Assembly (NCBI GenBank): GCA_046290465.1
Contig: JBKAGP010000001.1
Span: 1,312,001 to 1,376,000, forward strand
DNA: 64,000 bases
Source of the DNA: Planctomycetota bacterium
Lineage (GTDB): Bacteria > Planctomycetota > UBA1135 > UBA2386
Direction of reading: 5' to 3'
Below are positions 1-9,584 of this stretch, one piece after another; within the stretch, counting starts at the first letter, position 1, and every line of letters starts with the position of its first letter. The position numbers were made by a program, and so were the translations under genes. Below the pieces are notes generated by a model. It saw only the letters and a list, made by a program, of their open reading frames with translations, did not search any database and was not told the DNA's origin.

Positions 1-11
1 CCCGACCGCAC

Positions 12-1712
12 ATGCTTCGCGCTGCCCTCGAGACGCCCAGACCCGATCCGCGCGAACAGGCGCTCGCCCGCACGCTCGGCATGCCCGATCTGGTCGCGCG
101 GGTGATGCTGGCGCGCGGCATCGACAGCCCGGAGCAGGCCAGGAGCTTCCTGCGGCCGGATCTCGGCAGCCTGCACGATCCGTTCCAGTTCCAGGACATG
201 GAGAAGGCGGTGGCGCGCGTGCGCGACGCGCTGCGCGCGGGCGATCCGATCCTGATCCACGGCGACTACGACGTCGACGGCATCAGCGGCACGGTGCTGC
301 TGCACAAGTTCCTCAGCCTGCTGCACTGCACGACGCGGCCGTACATCCCGGCCCGCGCCGACGGCTACTCGTTCTCGGCGGCGAGCGTCAAGGCGATCAA
401 GGACGGCGGCTTTCCGCTGGTGATCTCCGTCGACAACGGCACCAACGCGATCGAGCCGATCGCCGAGCTGCAGCGCTCCGGCGTCGACGTGATCGTGACC
501 GACCACCACGGCACCACCGAGAACGTCGCCGACGCCTACTGCCTGCTGAACCCGCGGCTGCCGGACGCCGGCTACCCCGACCGCAACCTGGCCGGCTGCG
601 GGGTCGCGTTCTGCCTGGTCGCCGCGATGGCCGAGTCGCTGAGCACGACGATGCGGCGCAGCTCGGAGTTCGCCGACTTCCTGGTCGACGCGATGGGCTA
701 CATCGCGCTCGGCACCGTCGCCGACGTGGCGCCGCTGTGCGGCGAGAACCGCACGCTGGTCTACCACGGCCTGCGCTCGCTGAGCGTCAGCCGCAACCCG
801 GGCATCCGGGCGCTGATGGACGCCGCCGGGCTGCTGCATCGCGGCGCCGGGGTCGAGGACATCGCGTTCCGGCTGGCGCCTCTGATCAACGCCGCGGGCC
901 GCGTCGGCCACGCCGACGACGCCGTCGCGCTGCTGTGCGCCAAGGGCTTTCCCGAGGCGCAGGCCGCCGCCAGGGTGCTCGAAGGCCACAACGAACAGCG
1001 CCGCAAGGTCGAGCGCGCGCTGCAGGACGAGGTGCTGCAGCTGACCGCCGAGCACGAAGGCCCGGCGGTCGTGCTGGGTGCCGACCACTGGCACCCGGGC
1101 GTGCTCGGCATCGTCGCTGCGCGCATCGCCGAACAGACCCACAAGCCGGTGCTGCTGCTGGCGTTCGAGGGCGACACCGGCCGAGGTTCCGGCCGCTGCA
1201 CCAACGGCGTACACCTGCGCGACGCGCTCGGCGCCTGCTCCGACCTGCTGGTCGCGCACGGCGGCCACGCCGCCGCCGCCGGCCTCGAGATCAAGCGCGA
1301 GAACTTCTCGGCGTTCCGCGAGCGCTTCGGCGAGGCCTGCCAGCGCCTGGCGCCGAGCGAGCATCCGTTCCGGGTCGACGGACTGGCAGCCTTCGGCGAG
1401 CTCGATCCGCAGACGATTCGTCGGCTCGAGTCGCTCGGGCCGTTCGGCAACGGCCATCCGCGTCCGCGCTTCGTCACCCACGACGTCAAGATCGTCGGCA
1501 ACCCGTTCGTCGAGATGCGCGGCCAACACGTGCGCGTGCGGCTGGCCAAGGGCGGCGACCTGCTGCCGGCCCGGGTCGTGCGCGGCGTCGAGCACTTCGA
1601 GACCATGCGCAACAACAAGGGGCCGTGGTCGATCGCCTACACGCCGCGGCTCAGCTCGCGCGGCGAGGACGGCCCGGTCCAGCTCGACGTGCACGACCTG
1701 TCGGCGGGCTAG
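12..1712 (+). CDS. recJ: Single-stranded-DNA-specific exonuclease RecJ
   Basis: DHH-family motifs GDYDVDG, VDNG, VTDHH, GTVADV, INAAGR, plus GGHAAAAG and PFGNGHPRP. Confidence 0.93.
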   Translation: MLRAALETPRPDPREQALARTLGMPDLVARVMLARGIDSPEQARSFLRPDLGSLHDPFQFQDMEKAVARVRDALRAGDPILIHGDYDVDGISGTVLLHKFLSLLHCTTRPYIPARADGYSFSAASVKAIKDGGFPLVISVDNGTNAIEPIAELQRSGVDVIVTDHHGTTENVADAYCLLNPRLPDAGYPDRNLAGCGVAFCLVAAMAESLSTTMRRSSEFADFLVDAMGYIALGTVADVAPLCGENRTLVYHGLRSLSVSRNPGIRALMDAAGLLHRGAGVEDIAFRLAPLINAAGRVGHADDAVALLCAKGFPEAQAAARVLEGHNEQRRKVERALQDEVLQLTAEHEGPAVVLGADHWHPGVLGIVAARIAEQTHKPVLLLAFEGDTGRGSGRCTNGVHLRDALGACSDLLVAHGGHAAAAGLEIKRENFSAFRERFGEACQRLAPSEHPFRVDGLAAFGELDPQTIRRLESLGPFGNGHPRPRFVTHDVKIVGNPFVEMRGQHVRVRLAKGGDLLPARVVRGVEHFETMRNNKGPWSIAYTPRLSSRGEDGPVQLDVHDLSAG

Positions 1713-1876
1713 GAGCGCGTCCATCTTGTGGACGCGTTGCCAACCGTGATGGCGTAAGCGACGTATACGCGTGCGGACGGGGCTTTGCCCGTTAGAGCGC
1801 GTCCATCTTGTGGACGCGCTGCCAACCGTGATCGCGGAAGCGGCGAGTACGCGTGCGGAAGGGGCTTTGCCCGCTA
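1713..1876. repeat. Two imperfect tandem copies of an 82-bp unit containing a GCGTCCA-TCTTG-TGGACGC hairpin
   Basis: Unit 1 at 1713-1794 and unit 2 at 1795-1876; both begin GAGCGCGTCCATCTTGTGGACGCG and end GGGGCTTTGCCCG(T/C)TA. Confidence 0.9.
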
Positions 1877-1950
1877 GCGGACCGCCGTTCTCGACAGAAC
1901 CGGCGAAGCCACGTTCGCAAAGGCAGGGCCACTTGCCGATAGTGACCGCC

Positions 1951-2667
1951 GTGACGAGCACCGCCGACCACGCCACTCCGCAGCAGCCCGAACGCAAGGG
2001 CCCGATCCGCCGCCTCTACGACTGGGTGATCGGCTGGGCCGACACGCGCTTCGCGGTGGCGGCGCTGTTCGTGCTGGCGTTCGCCGAGAGCAGCTTCTTC
2101 CCGATCCCGCCCGACGTGCTGATGATCGCGATGTGCATCGGCTGCGTGCCGATGAGCTACCGCTACGCGACCTGGTGCTCGATCGGCTCGGTGATCGGCG
2201 GTGCGGCCGGCTACGCGATCGGCTTCTTCCTGTGGGAGATCGACGGCGTGCAGCAGTTCTTCTTCGACTACATCCCCGGCGTCAGCCCGGCGACGGTCGA
2301 CAAGGTCGGCGGCCTCTACGAGCAGTACAGCTTCTGGATCGTGTTCGCGGCGGCGTTCACGCCGATCCCGTACAAGGTGATCACGATCCTGGCCGGGGTG
2401 TTCGCGATCAACTTCCCGATGTTCCTGCTCGGTTCGGCGATCGGCCGTTCGGCGCGGTTCTTCCTGGTTGCGTGGCTGTTCAAGAAGTTCGGGCCGGGCA
2501 TCAAGGAGTTCATCGAGAAGCGCTTCGCGCTGGTGACGTTCCTCGGCACCGTGCTGCTGGTCTCTGGCTTCGTCGCGATCAAGTTCGTGTTCCACACCGA
2601 CGATCCGCCGAAGGTCGAGGACGGCCGGCAGTTCGACGGCCCGAACGGCAACGACGACGGCAAGTGA
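1951..2667 (+). CDS. YqaA/DedA (VTT domain) family membrane protein; start approximate (GTG at 1942 or 1951)
   Basis: FAESSFFPIPPD and FTPIPYK motifs, several TM segments; the upstream part of the track ORF runs through the tandem repeat. Confidence 0.88.
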   Translation: MTSTADHATPQQPERKGPIRRLYDWVIGWADTRFAVAALFVLAFAESSFFPIPPDVLMIAMCIGCVPMSYRYATWCSIGSVIGGAAGYAIGFFLWEIDGVQQFFFDYIPGVSPATVDKVGGLYEQYSFWIVFAAAFTPIPYKVITILAGVFAINFPMFLLGSAIGRSARFFLVAWLFKKFGPGIKEFIEKRFALVTFLGTVLLVSGFVAIKFVFHTDDPPKVEDGRQFDGPNGNDDGK

Positions 2668-2704
2668 TCTCGCTTCGATCCGCCGCGGCGCTACAAAGGA
2701 GCGC

Positions 2705-5410
2705 ATGGCGAAGCGGCTCTTCCTGATCGACGGCACGGCACTGGCATATCGAAGCTTCTTCGCGTTCCAGGGAACCGGGCGATCGCCGCTGACCACCGAG
2801 GACGGCCACCCGACGGCGGCGACCTACGGCTTCTGCATGACGCTGCGCGCGCTGATCGAGCGCGAGAGCCCCGACGCGATCGCGATCGCGTTCGACGGGC
2901 CGCGCAGCGACCTGCTGCGCACCAAGATCTACCCGGAGTACAAGTCGACCCGGACCAAGATGCCGGACGAGATGGCGGTGCAGCTCGACGACATCCGCGC
3001 CGCGGTCGAAGCGTTCGGGCTGCCGGTCGTCTCCAGCGACGAGCACGAGGCCGACGACGTCATCGGCACGCTGGCCGTGCGCGGGCGCGAGCACGGCATG
3101 CAGGTGTTCATCGTCACCGGCGACAAGGACTTCCTGCAGATCGTCGACGACCACATCCAGCTGTGGAACCTGCGCAGCTCGACCAGCAAGCCGGAGATCT
3201 TCGACCCCGCCGCGTGCGAGGCGAAGTGGGGCCTGCCGCCGACCGCCATCGTCGACATGCTGGCGCTGATGGGCGACAGCTCCGACAACGTGCCGGGCGT
3301 GCCCAAGGTCGGCAAGAAGACGGCGGTCGACCTGCTGACGCAGTTCGGTTCGATCGACGGCATCTACGAGCACCTCGACGAGGTCAAGAAGCCGTCGATC
3401 CAGAAGACGCTGACCGAAAACAAGGACCTCGCCGAACTGTCCAGGCAACTGGTGACGCTGCAGCTCGACCTCGACCTCGACGTCGACGTCGCCGATCTCG
3501 GGCCGGCCGAGCCCGACCCGGAGCAACTGCGGCCGCTGTTCCAGCGACTGCAGTTCAAGAACCTGCTGGCCGACCTCGCCGCCAAGAAGGCGCCGCAGGA
3601 GGACATCGAGCAACACTACGACCTGGTGCAGGACGACGAAGGGCTGGCGAAGTTGCTCGACCAGGTCCGCGGCTGCGACGAGGTCGCGATCGCCGCCGAG
3701 ACCTCGGGCATGTCGCTGCGCAAGCGCAAGCTGGTCGGCATCTCGTTCGCCACCAGCGCCGGCGTCGCAACCTACGTGCCGCTCGACGACGACAACCGCC
3801 AGCAGCGACTGGACGCGCTGCAGGAACTGCTGGCCGCGCCGAAGCCGAAGAAGCACTGCCACGACCTGAAGCGGCTGCTGGCGGCCCTGCGCCCGCTCGG
3901 CGTGAGCCTCGGCGGCGTCGACCTCGACACCATGCTCGCCAGCTACTGCAGCGAGCCGGGGCTGCGCTCCCACTCGCTCGCCGACCTGGCGCTGCAGCAC
4001 TTCGCGTTCAAGAAGACCTCCGAGAAGGACGTCGTCGGCAGCGGCAAGAAGCAGCGCACGTTCGCCGAGGTCGACCCGTCGCTGGTCGGCAACTACGTCA
4101 GCGAGGAGGCCGACCTGGTGCTGCGGCTCAGCACGCCGCTGCGCGAACAGCTCGAGCGCGCCGGCACCACCGCGCTCTACCGCGACCTCGAACTGCCGCT
4201 GGTCCCGGTGCTGCTCGACATGGAGTGGGAGGGCATCGCGATCGACACCGAGCACCTGCGCAAGCTGTCGGCCGAACTGCAGGACCGCATCGAGGACCTG
4301 CAGGAGCGCGTGTTCGAGCGGGCCGGCCACGAGTTCAACCTCGGCTCGCCGGCGCAGCTCGGCAAGGTGCTGTTCGACGAGCTCGAGGTGCACCGCGCGG
4401 CCGACATCAGCAAGCCGCGCCGCACCCCCACGGGTCAGTACAAGACCGACCACGAGGTGCTCGAGAAGGTCGCCGACAAGCACGAGGTGCCGCAATTGGT
4501 GCTCGAGTGGCGTCAGCTGACCAAGCTCAAGTCGACCTACATCGACAGCCTGCCGGCGTTGGTGCAGCCCGACAGCAAGCGCGTGCACACGACGTTCAAC
4601 CAGGCGGTCGCCGCGACCGGACGCCTCAGCAGCGAAGACCCCAACCTGCAGAACATCCCGATCCGCACCGAGGAGGGCCGGCGGGTGCGCGCCGCGTTCG
4701 TGCCGCGCAAGAAGGGCTGGACGCTGCTGTCTGCGGACTACTCGCAGATCGAGCTGCGCATCCTGGCGCACCTGTCCGAGGACAAGGCGCTGGTCGAGTC
4801 GTTCCGCAAGGGTGAGGACATCCACGCGCGCACCGCAGCGATCGTGCACGGCATGCTGCCGAACATGGTCACGCCCGAGCTGCGCAACCAGGCCAAGATC
4901 GTCAACTACGGCCTGATGTACGGCATGGGCGCCTCGCGCCTGGCCAACGAGACCGGCATGCGCCCGCCCGAGGCGAAGAAGTTCATCAAGAGCTACTTCC
5001 GCGCGCTGCCGGGCGTGAAGGAGTACCTCGACGGTTCGCTCGAGCATGCGCGCACCGAGAAGGAGGCGCGCACGATGTTCGGCCGCCGCCGGCCGCTCGG
5101 CGACATCGACTCGACCAACGCCATGCAGCGCATCGCCGCCGAGAACATGGCGGTCAACACCCCCATCCAGGGCGCCGCGGCCGACATCGTCAAGCGCGCC
5201 ATGCTGGCCGTGCACACAGCCCTGCAGGAGCGCAAGCTCGAAGCCAGGCTGCTGCTGCAGGTGCACGACGAACTGGTGCTCGACGTGCCCGACGACGAAG
5301 TCACCGAGGTCGAACGGCTGGTCCGCGACGCGATGGTCGGCGCCGCCGAGCTCGCGGTGCCGCTCGAGATCTCGATGGGCACCGGACCCAACTGGCTGGT
5401 CGCGCACTGA
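2705..5410 (+). CDS. polA: DNA polymerase I
   Basis: 5'-3' exonuclease LIDG...EADDVIG...DKD, polymerase motifs DYSQIELR, AKIVNYGLMYG, QVHDEL; SD AAGGAG upstream. Confidence 0.98.
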   Translation: MAKRLFLIDGTALAYRSFFAFQGTGRSPLTTEDGHPTAATYGFCMTLRALIERESPDAIAIAFDGPRSDLLRTKIYPEYKSTRTKMPDEMAVQLDDIRAAVEAFGLPVVSSDEHEADDVIGTLAVRGREHGMQVFIVTGDKDFLQIVDDHIQLWNLRSSTSKPEIFDPAACEAKWGLPPTAIVDMLALMGDSSDNVPGVPKVGKKTAVDLLTQFGSIDGIYEHLDEVKKPSIQKTLTENKDLAELSRQLVTLQLDLDLDVDVADLGPAEPDPEQLRPLFQRLQFKNLLADLAAKKAPQEDIEQHYDLVQDDEGLAKLLDQVRGCDEVAIAAETSGMSLRKRKLVGISFATSAGVATYVPLDDDNRQQRLDALQELLAAPKPKKHCHDLKRLLAALRPLGVSLGGVDLDTMLASYCSEPGLRSHSLADLALQHFAFKKTSEKDVVGSGKKQRTFAEVDPSLVGNYVSEEADLVLRLSTPLREQLERAGTTALYRDLELPLVPVLLDMEWEGIAIDTEHLRKLSAELQDRIEDLQERVFERAGHEFNLGSPAQLGKVLFDELEVHRAADISKPRRTPTGQYKTDHEVLEKVADKHEVPQLVLEWRQLTKLKSTYIDSLPALVQPDSKRVHTTFNQAVAATGRLSSEDPNLQNIPIRTEEGRRVRAAFVPRKKGWTLLSADYSQIELRILAHLSEDKALVESFRKGEDIHARTAAIVHGMLPNMVTPELRNQAKIVNYGLMYGMGASRLANETGMRPPEAKKFIKSYFRALPGVKEYLDGSLEHARTEKEARTMFGRRRPLGDIDSTNAMQRIAAENMAVNTPIQGAAADIVKRAMLAVHTALQERKLEARLLLQVHDELVLDVPDDEVTEVERLVRDAMVGAAELAVPLEISMGTGPNWLVAH

Positions 5411-5420
5411 GGGTCGCGCG

Positions 5421-5453
5421 CTGGGGCTCACGCACTGGGGCTCACGCACTGGG
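5421..5453. repeat. Short tandem repeat, CTGGGGCTCACGCA x2 plus a partial copy
   Basis: Read directly in the intergenic region between convergent genes, after the polA stop. Confidence 0.75.
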
Positions 5454-5505
5454 AAGGGGAAGTGAGCGCCCGGCGGTGCCTCCAGCGGGGCACGCAGCGG
5501 CTCAC

Positions 5506-6507
5506 TCAGCCATCACACTGCTTCTGCAGCCACGCCATCATCACGTAGCCCTCGGCCGTGTGGCGCGGCCCCTGCAGGCACGCGACCCGCCTTGCACTGC
5601 ACTGCACCAGCCGCGCCCGGAAGAACTCGAACAGGATCGAGCCGCTGTCGCGCGCCGCCTCGTCGACGCGGCTGTCGAGCTCGATGCTGGTCAGGCCTTC
5701 CTTCGCCATCCGCACCGACAACCGCTCGAGCTCCTCCGACGAGGTGCCGAACAGGAACTCGCGGAACGCCTGTAGCTCCGTGTCGCCGTAGTCGCCGGAG
5801 GTGAACAGGTCGACGAACTCCTCGTCGCCCCCCTGCGTCATCAGCTGCACCAGTTCGCAGTTGCCGGCCAGCGAGCCGCCGATCACGCGCACCCGCAGCC
5901 GGGCCTCCCAGGTCGCGTCGAGGATCGGAAAGAACTCGTTCACGCGCCAGGTCAGCCGGTTGCCCCACAGCTGCGCCAGGTTGCGCACGCCCTGTGCGCG
6001 CACCTCGCGCTCGACCGAGCCGTCGGTGACCACGTCGGCGAGCACCTCCTCGACCAGCCGCGTGTGCACCGCGGTGCGCAGCCGGCGCGCCGCGATCTCG
6101 CGCAGATGCTTCTTGAGCACGTCGTCCTCGAGGCTGCCGGTCAGGTGCCACAGCATGCGCAGGAAGTTGATCTGCGCCATGTTCATCGAGCGGCCGACCA
6201 GCGCCTGCGTCGGCGCGCGGAACGGGAACGTCGCCTGGTCGGACGACACCATGCGATCGACCAGCGTCTCGAGACCGCGGCGCTTGCCGTAGAGAACCTG
6301 GTCACGCAGCGGCGACGGGTAGCGCTCGAGCAGCTCGCCGAACATGCGCAGGCTCTTGAGCTGGTGCTTGATCATCTTGACCGAGTCGAACGCGTCCTCG
6401 GTCGGACTCTCCTCGAGCGCGGCGACGATCTTCTGCACGAGGTCCAGCTCCTCTGGCCGCAGCGGCTGCGGGCCTTCCTGGGTATGGGCTGAGCTCGTCT
6501 CGCGCAT
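5506..6507 (-). CDS. Hypothetical alpha-helical protein (~333 aa)
   Basis: Protein-like composition and host codon style from MRETSSAH (ATG 6507); lies directly downstream of hisS. Confidence 0.75.
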   Translation of the reverse strand: MRETSSAHTQEGPQPLRPEELDLVQKIVAALEESPTEDAFDSVKMIKHQLKSLRMFGELLERYPSPLRDQVLYGKRRGLETLVDRMVSSDQATFPFRAPTQALVGRSMNMAQINFLRMLWHLTGSLEDDVLKKHLREIAARRLRTAVHTRLVEEVLADVVTDGSVEREVRAQGVRNLAQLWGNRLTWRVNEFFPILDATWEARLRVRVIGGSLAGNCELVQLMTQGGDEEFVDLFTSGDYGDTELQAFREFLFGTSSEELERLSVRMAKEGLTSIELDSRVDEAARDSGSILFEFFRARLVQCSARRVACLQGPRHTAEGYVMMAWLQKQCDG

Positions 6508-6539
6508 CTGTAGGGAAGTAGTGTACTCCGTATTCGCAG

Positions 6540-7892
6540 TTACGAACGCATCGTCGCGGCGACGTCTTTCACGGCGCAGGCCTGCTGCTCGCCGCGGTCG
6601 AGGTCCTTCAGCGCGACCGTGCCGTCGGCGACCTCCTGCGGACCGAGGATCGCGACGTGCGAGACGCCGATGGCATTGGCGTAGCTGAGCTGCTTCTTCA
6701 TCGCCACCGGGTCGGCATGGATCTCGACGCGCAGGCCGCTCTGCCGCAGCTCGCTGGCCACCGCGATCGCCTGGGCCGCCGAGACCTCCCCCATCCGGCA
6801 CAGCAACAGCTGCGGGCCGATGCCGAGATCGGGGAACATGTCGCGCTCGGTCATCACCAGCAGCACGCGCTCGAGGCCGAGCGAGAACCCGACCGCCGGC
6901 ACCTGCTGCTTCTGGAACATGCCGATCAGGTTGTCGTAGCGACCGCCGCCGCCCATCGAACCGCCGAGCCCCTCGACCTGGATCTCGAAGATCGGTCCGG
7001 TGTAGTAGCTGAGCCCGCGCGCCAGCGTCGGGTCGAACGTCAGGTGCTCCGCCGCGGGCCCCGCCGCCGCGCAGGCGAACAGCTCCTGCAGCTCGCGCGC
7101 CCCGGCCGCGCCCGGACCGTCACCATCGGCCATGCGCTGCAGCGCGCCTTGCTCGCGCATGCGATCGAGCGACGCCAGCAGCCCGTCGGCCTGCGCCGCC
7201 GCGATGCCCTTGTCGGCCAGCTCCTGCTTGACGCCGTCCTCGCCGACCTTGTCGAGCTTGTCGAGCGCGATCAGCGCCAGCGACTCGTGCTCGGCCGCGA
7301 TGCCGGCGTCGGCGACCAGCGCGCGCAGCAGTTCGCGGTGGTTGCTCAGGATGCGGAAGTCCGTGAAGCCGAGTTCGCGCAGCACCGTCGCGATCGCGCC
7401 GCAGACCTCGGCGTCGGCGACCAGGCTCTTTGTGCCGGTGATGTCGACGTCGCACTGGTAGAACTCGCGGAAGCGGCCGCGCGCCGGTCGGTCGGCGCGC
7501 CAGACCGGCTGGATCTGGTAGCGCTTGTAGAACGCCGGCAGGTCCTTGTAGTTGGCGACCACGCGCGCCAGCGGCACCGTCAGGTCGTAGCGCAGCCCCT
7601 CGGCGGCGAGGTCGAGTTCGCCGAGCCCGCCCTCCTTGTCGACGCCGGACTCGATCGCGCGCTTCAGCTTGTCGCGGCGGTGCAGCAGGCGGTAGAGCAG
7701 CTGGTCGCCCTCGGGGCCGTACTTGCCGAGCAGCGTGCTGAGGTTCTCGATGGTCGGCGTCTCGAGCGGCACGAAGCCGAACGACTCGTAAACGCGCTGC
7801 ACGACGCCGAGCACGTGACGGCGCCGGACCACGTCCGGCGCCAGGAAGTCGCGCATGCCGCTCGGGGGCTTCGTCGAGATCGCCTTGCTCAT
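6540..7892 (-). CDS. hisS: Histidyl-tRNA synthetase
   Basis: PSGMRDF, LRYDLTVP, RFREFYQCDVD, RGLSYYTG, GGGRYD, GLER motifs; alternative start at 7901. Confidence 0.97.
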   Translation of the reverse strand: MSKAISTKPPSGMRDFLAPDVVRRRHVLGVVQRVYESFGFVPLETPTIENLSTLLGKYGPEGDQLLYRLLHRRDKLKRAIESGVDKEGGLGELDLAAEGLRYDLTVPLARVVANYKDLPAFYKRYQIQPVWRADRPARGRFREFYQCDVDITGTKSLVADAEVCGAIATVLRELGFTDFRILSNHRELLRALVADAGIAAEHESLALIALDKLDKVGEDGVKQELADKGIAAAQADGLLASLDRMREQGALQRMADGDGPGAAGARELQELFACAAAGPAAEHLTFDPTLARGLSYYTGPIFEIQVEGLGGSMGGGGRYDNLIGMFQKQQVPAVGFSLGLERVLLVMTERDMFPDLGIGPQLLLCRMGEVSAAQAIAVASELRQSGLRVEIHADPVAMKKQLSYANAIGVSHVAILGPQEVADGTVALKDLDRGEQQACAVKDVAATMRS

Positions 7893-7955
7893 CGTCTCCA
7901 TGGTGTAGCCCGCGCCGCGCGCGAAACCAAACGACCGCTGCGCTACGTTGCTCGA

Positions 7956-9581
7956 ATGGGAACGTTCGCGCGTCGCCTGGGCCTCGCCCTGGTCGCCCTC
8001 TGGCTGTCGTTGTGCGCCTCGCTGCCCGCACAGCAGCAGTCCCCGCAGCTCGACCCCAGGACGGCGGCGGCGCTGCACAGCCTCGCCGAGGACCTGGCCG
8101 AGCGTCGTCAGGCGCTGGTCGCGGCGACCGCGTCGACCGACACGCGGCGCATCGCCGAGCTGACGCTCGAGATCCAGAAGCTGCGCTGGGAGTTCGCCGA
8201 GCTGGCCTCGCACCTCGACGTGCAGGAGTTCGAGCAGCCGGGCAGCGACGGCATCCAGCTGCAGCAGGAGGTCGTCGACCTGATCGCGCCGGTGATCCAG
8301 ACGATCAAGGACGTCACTGCCGAACCGCGCGAGTACGCGGCGCTCGAGAAGCGCCGCGACCAGATCAAGCAGCGACGGGACGTGGCGCTGGCCGCCCGCC
8401 GACGGATCGAGCAGACCCGCGACGCGCTGCCCGACGACAGCCTCGAGCGCGCCGAGGCCGAACGCGAACTGCGCGACCACTGGATCCCGCTGCTCGACGA
8501 GCTCGGCCGCGAGTTGCTGGTCGTCGAAGCCAACCTGCGACGGCGCGACAGCAAGCAGGTCTCGCTGTGGACGCGCGTCACCGACAGCGTGCAGAGCTTC
8601 CTGCAGAGCTCCGGGCTCAACGTGCTGCTGTGCGTCGCGACGTTCCTGCTGGTCTACCTCGGCCTGCGCTGGATCAGCGATCGGTTGCTGCGGCGCAAGC
8701 GCCAGCGCGGCTTCTCGGTGCGGCTGGCCGAGGTGCTGATGCGCGTGATGACGCTGCTGGTCGCGATCGCCGCGACCATGGGCGTGCTCTACGTTCGCAA
8801 CGACTGGCTGCTGCTGCCGATCGGCATCATCTTCCTGGTCGGCGCCGGCTGGGTCGTCGTCAAGACGGCGCCGCTGTTCTTCGAGCAGATCCGGATGATC
8901 CTCAACATCGGGCCGGTCCGCGAGGGCGAACGGCTGATCGTCGACGGCCTGCCCTACCGCGTCGACGCGCTGCAGTTCTACAGCACGCTGGTCAACCCGG
9001 CGCTCAGCGGCGGCCTGCTGCGGGTGCCGGTCCAGGACCTGGTCGGCATGCGGTCGCGGCCGCTCGGCCACGACGAACCGTGGTTCCCGTGCGCCGAGGG
9101 CGAGGTCGTCGCGCTGACCGACGGCATCGTCGGCCGCGTCACCCTGCAGACGCCGGAGGTCGTCGTCGTGGTCGAACGCAGCGACGCGCCGCGCACCTAC
9201 CCGACCGTGGCGTTCCTCGGCATGAACCCGCGCAACCTGTCGCACGGCTTCGAGATCGTGGTGACGTTCGGCATCGACTACCGCCACCTCGAGCACGCCG
9301 TCGCCAAGGTGCCGCAGACTCTCGCCGAGCAGCTGCGTCAGGGGCTCGCCGACGATCCGGACCACGAACAGCTGCGCTCGGTGCGGGTCGAGATCGAGGC
9401 CGCCGGCGACAGCTCGATCGACTACGCGGTGCTGGTCGAGTTCGCCGGGCACGCGGCGCTGCGCTACCACGACCTGCACCGCAAGGTGAACACGCTGCTG
9501 ATCGCCGCCTGCGTCGAGCACGGCTTCGGCATCCGGCTGCCGCAGCTGCGGGTGCACGGCGTCGAACAGCAGGGCGGCTGA
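7956..9581 (+). CDS. Membrane protein with an MscS-like C-terminal domain and an N-terminal coiled coil
   Basis: Signal peptide, helical periplasmic region, about 3 TM helices, GPVREGERLIVDG beta domain and MscS-like C-terminus (FGIDY...IRLPQLRVH). Confidence 0.7.
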   Translation: MGTFARRLGLALVALWLSLCASLPAQQQSPQLDPRTAAALHSLAEDLAERRQALVAATASTDTRRIAELTLEIQKLRWEFAELASHLDVQEFEQPGSDGIQLQQEVVDLIAPVIQTIKDVTAEPREYAALEKRRDQIKQRRDVALAARRRIEQTRDALPDDSLERAEAERELRDHWIPLLDELGRELLVVEANLRRRDSKQVSLWTRVTDSVQSFLQSSGLNVLLCVATFLLVYLGLRWISDRLLRRKRQRGFSVRLAEVLMRVMTLLVAIAATMGVLYVRNDWLLLPIGIIFLVGAGWVVVKTAPLFFEQIRMILNIGPVREGERLIVDGLPYRVDALQFYSTLVNPALSGGLLRVPVQDLVGMRSRPLGHDEPWFPCAEGEVVALTDGIVGRVTLQTPEVVVVVERSDAPRTYPTVAFLGMNPRNLSHGFEIVVTFGIDYRHLEHAVAKVPQTLAEQLRQGLADDPDHEQLRSVRVEIEAAGDSSIDYAVLVEFAGHAALRYHDLHRKVNTLLIAACVEHGFGIRLPQLRVHGVEQQGG

Positions 9582-9584
9582 CGG

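Noticed and set aside
1713..1876. CRISPR array
   Set aside because: Only two units, the intervening sequences are homologous rather than unique spacers, and no cas genes are in the window
6540..9581. Track ORFs of 1005 aa (-) and 974 aa (+) as full-length genes
   Set aside because: They are hisS and the MscS-like gene, each extended upstream through the antisense of the other; true starts are near 7892 and 7956
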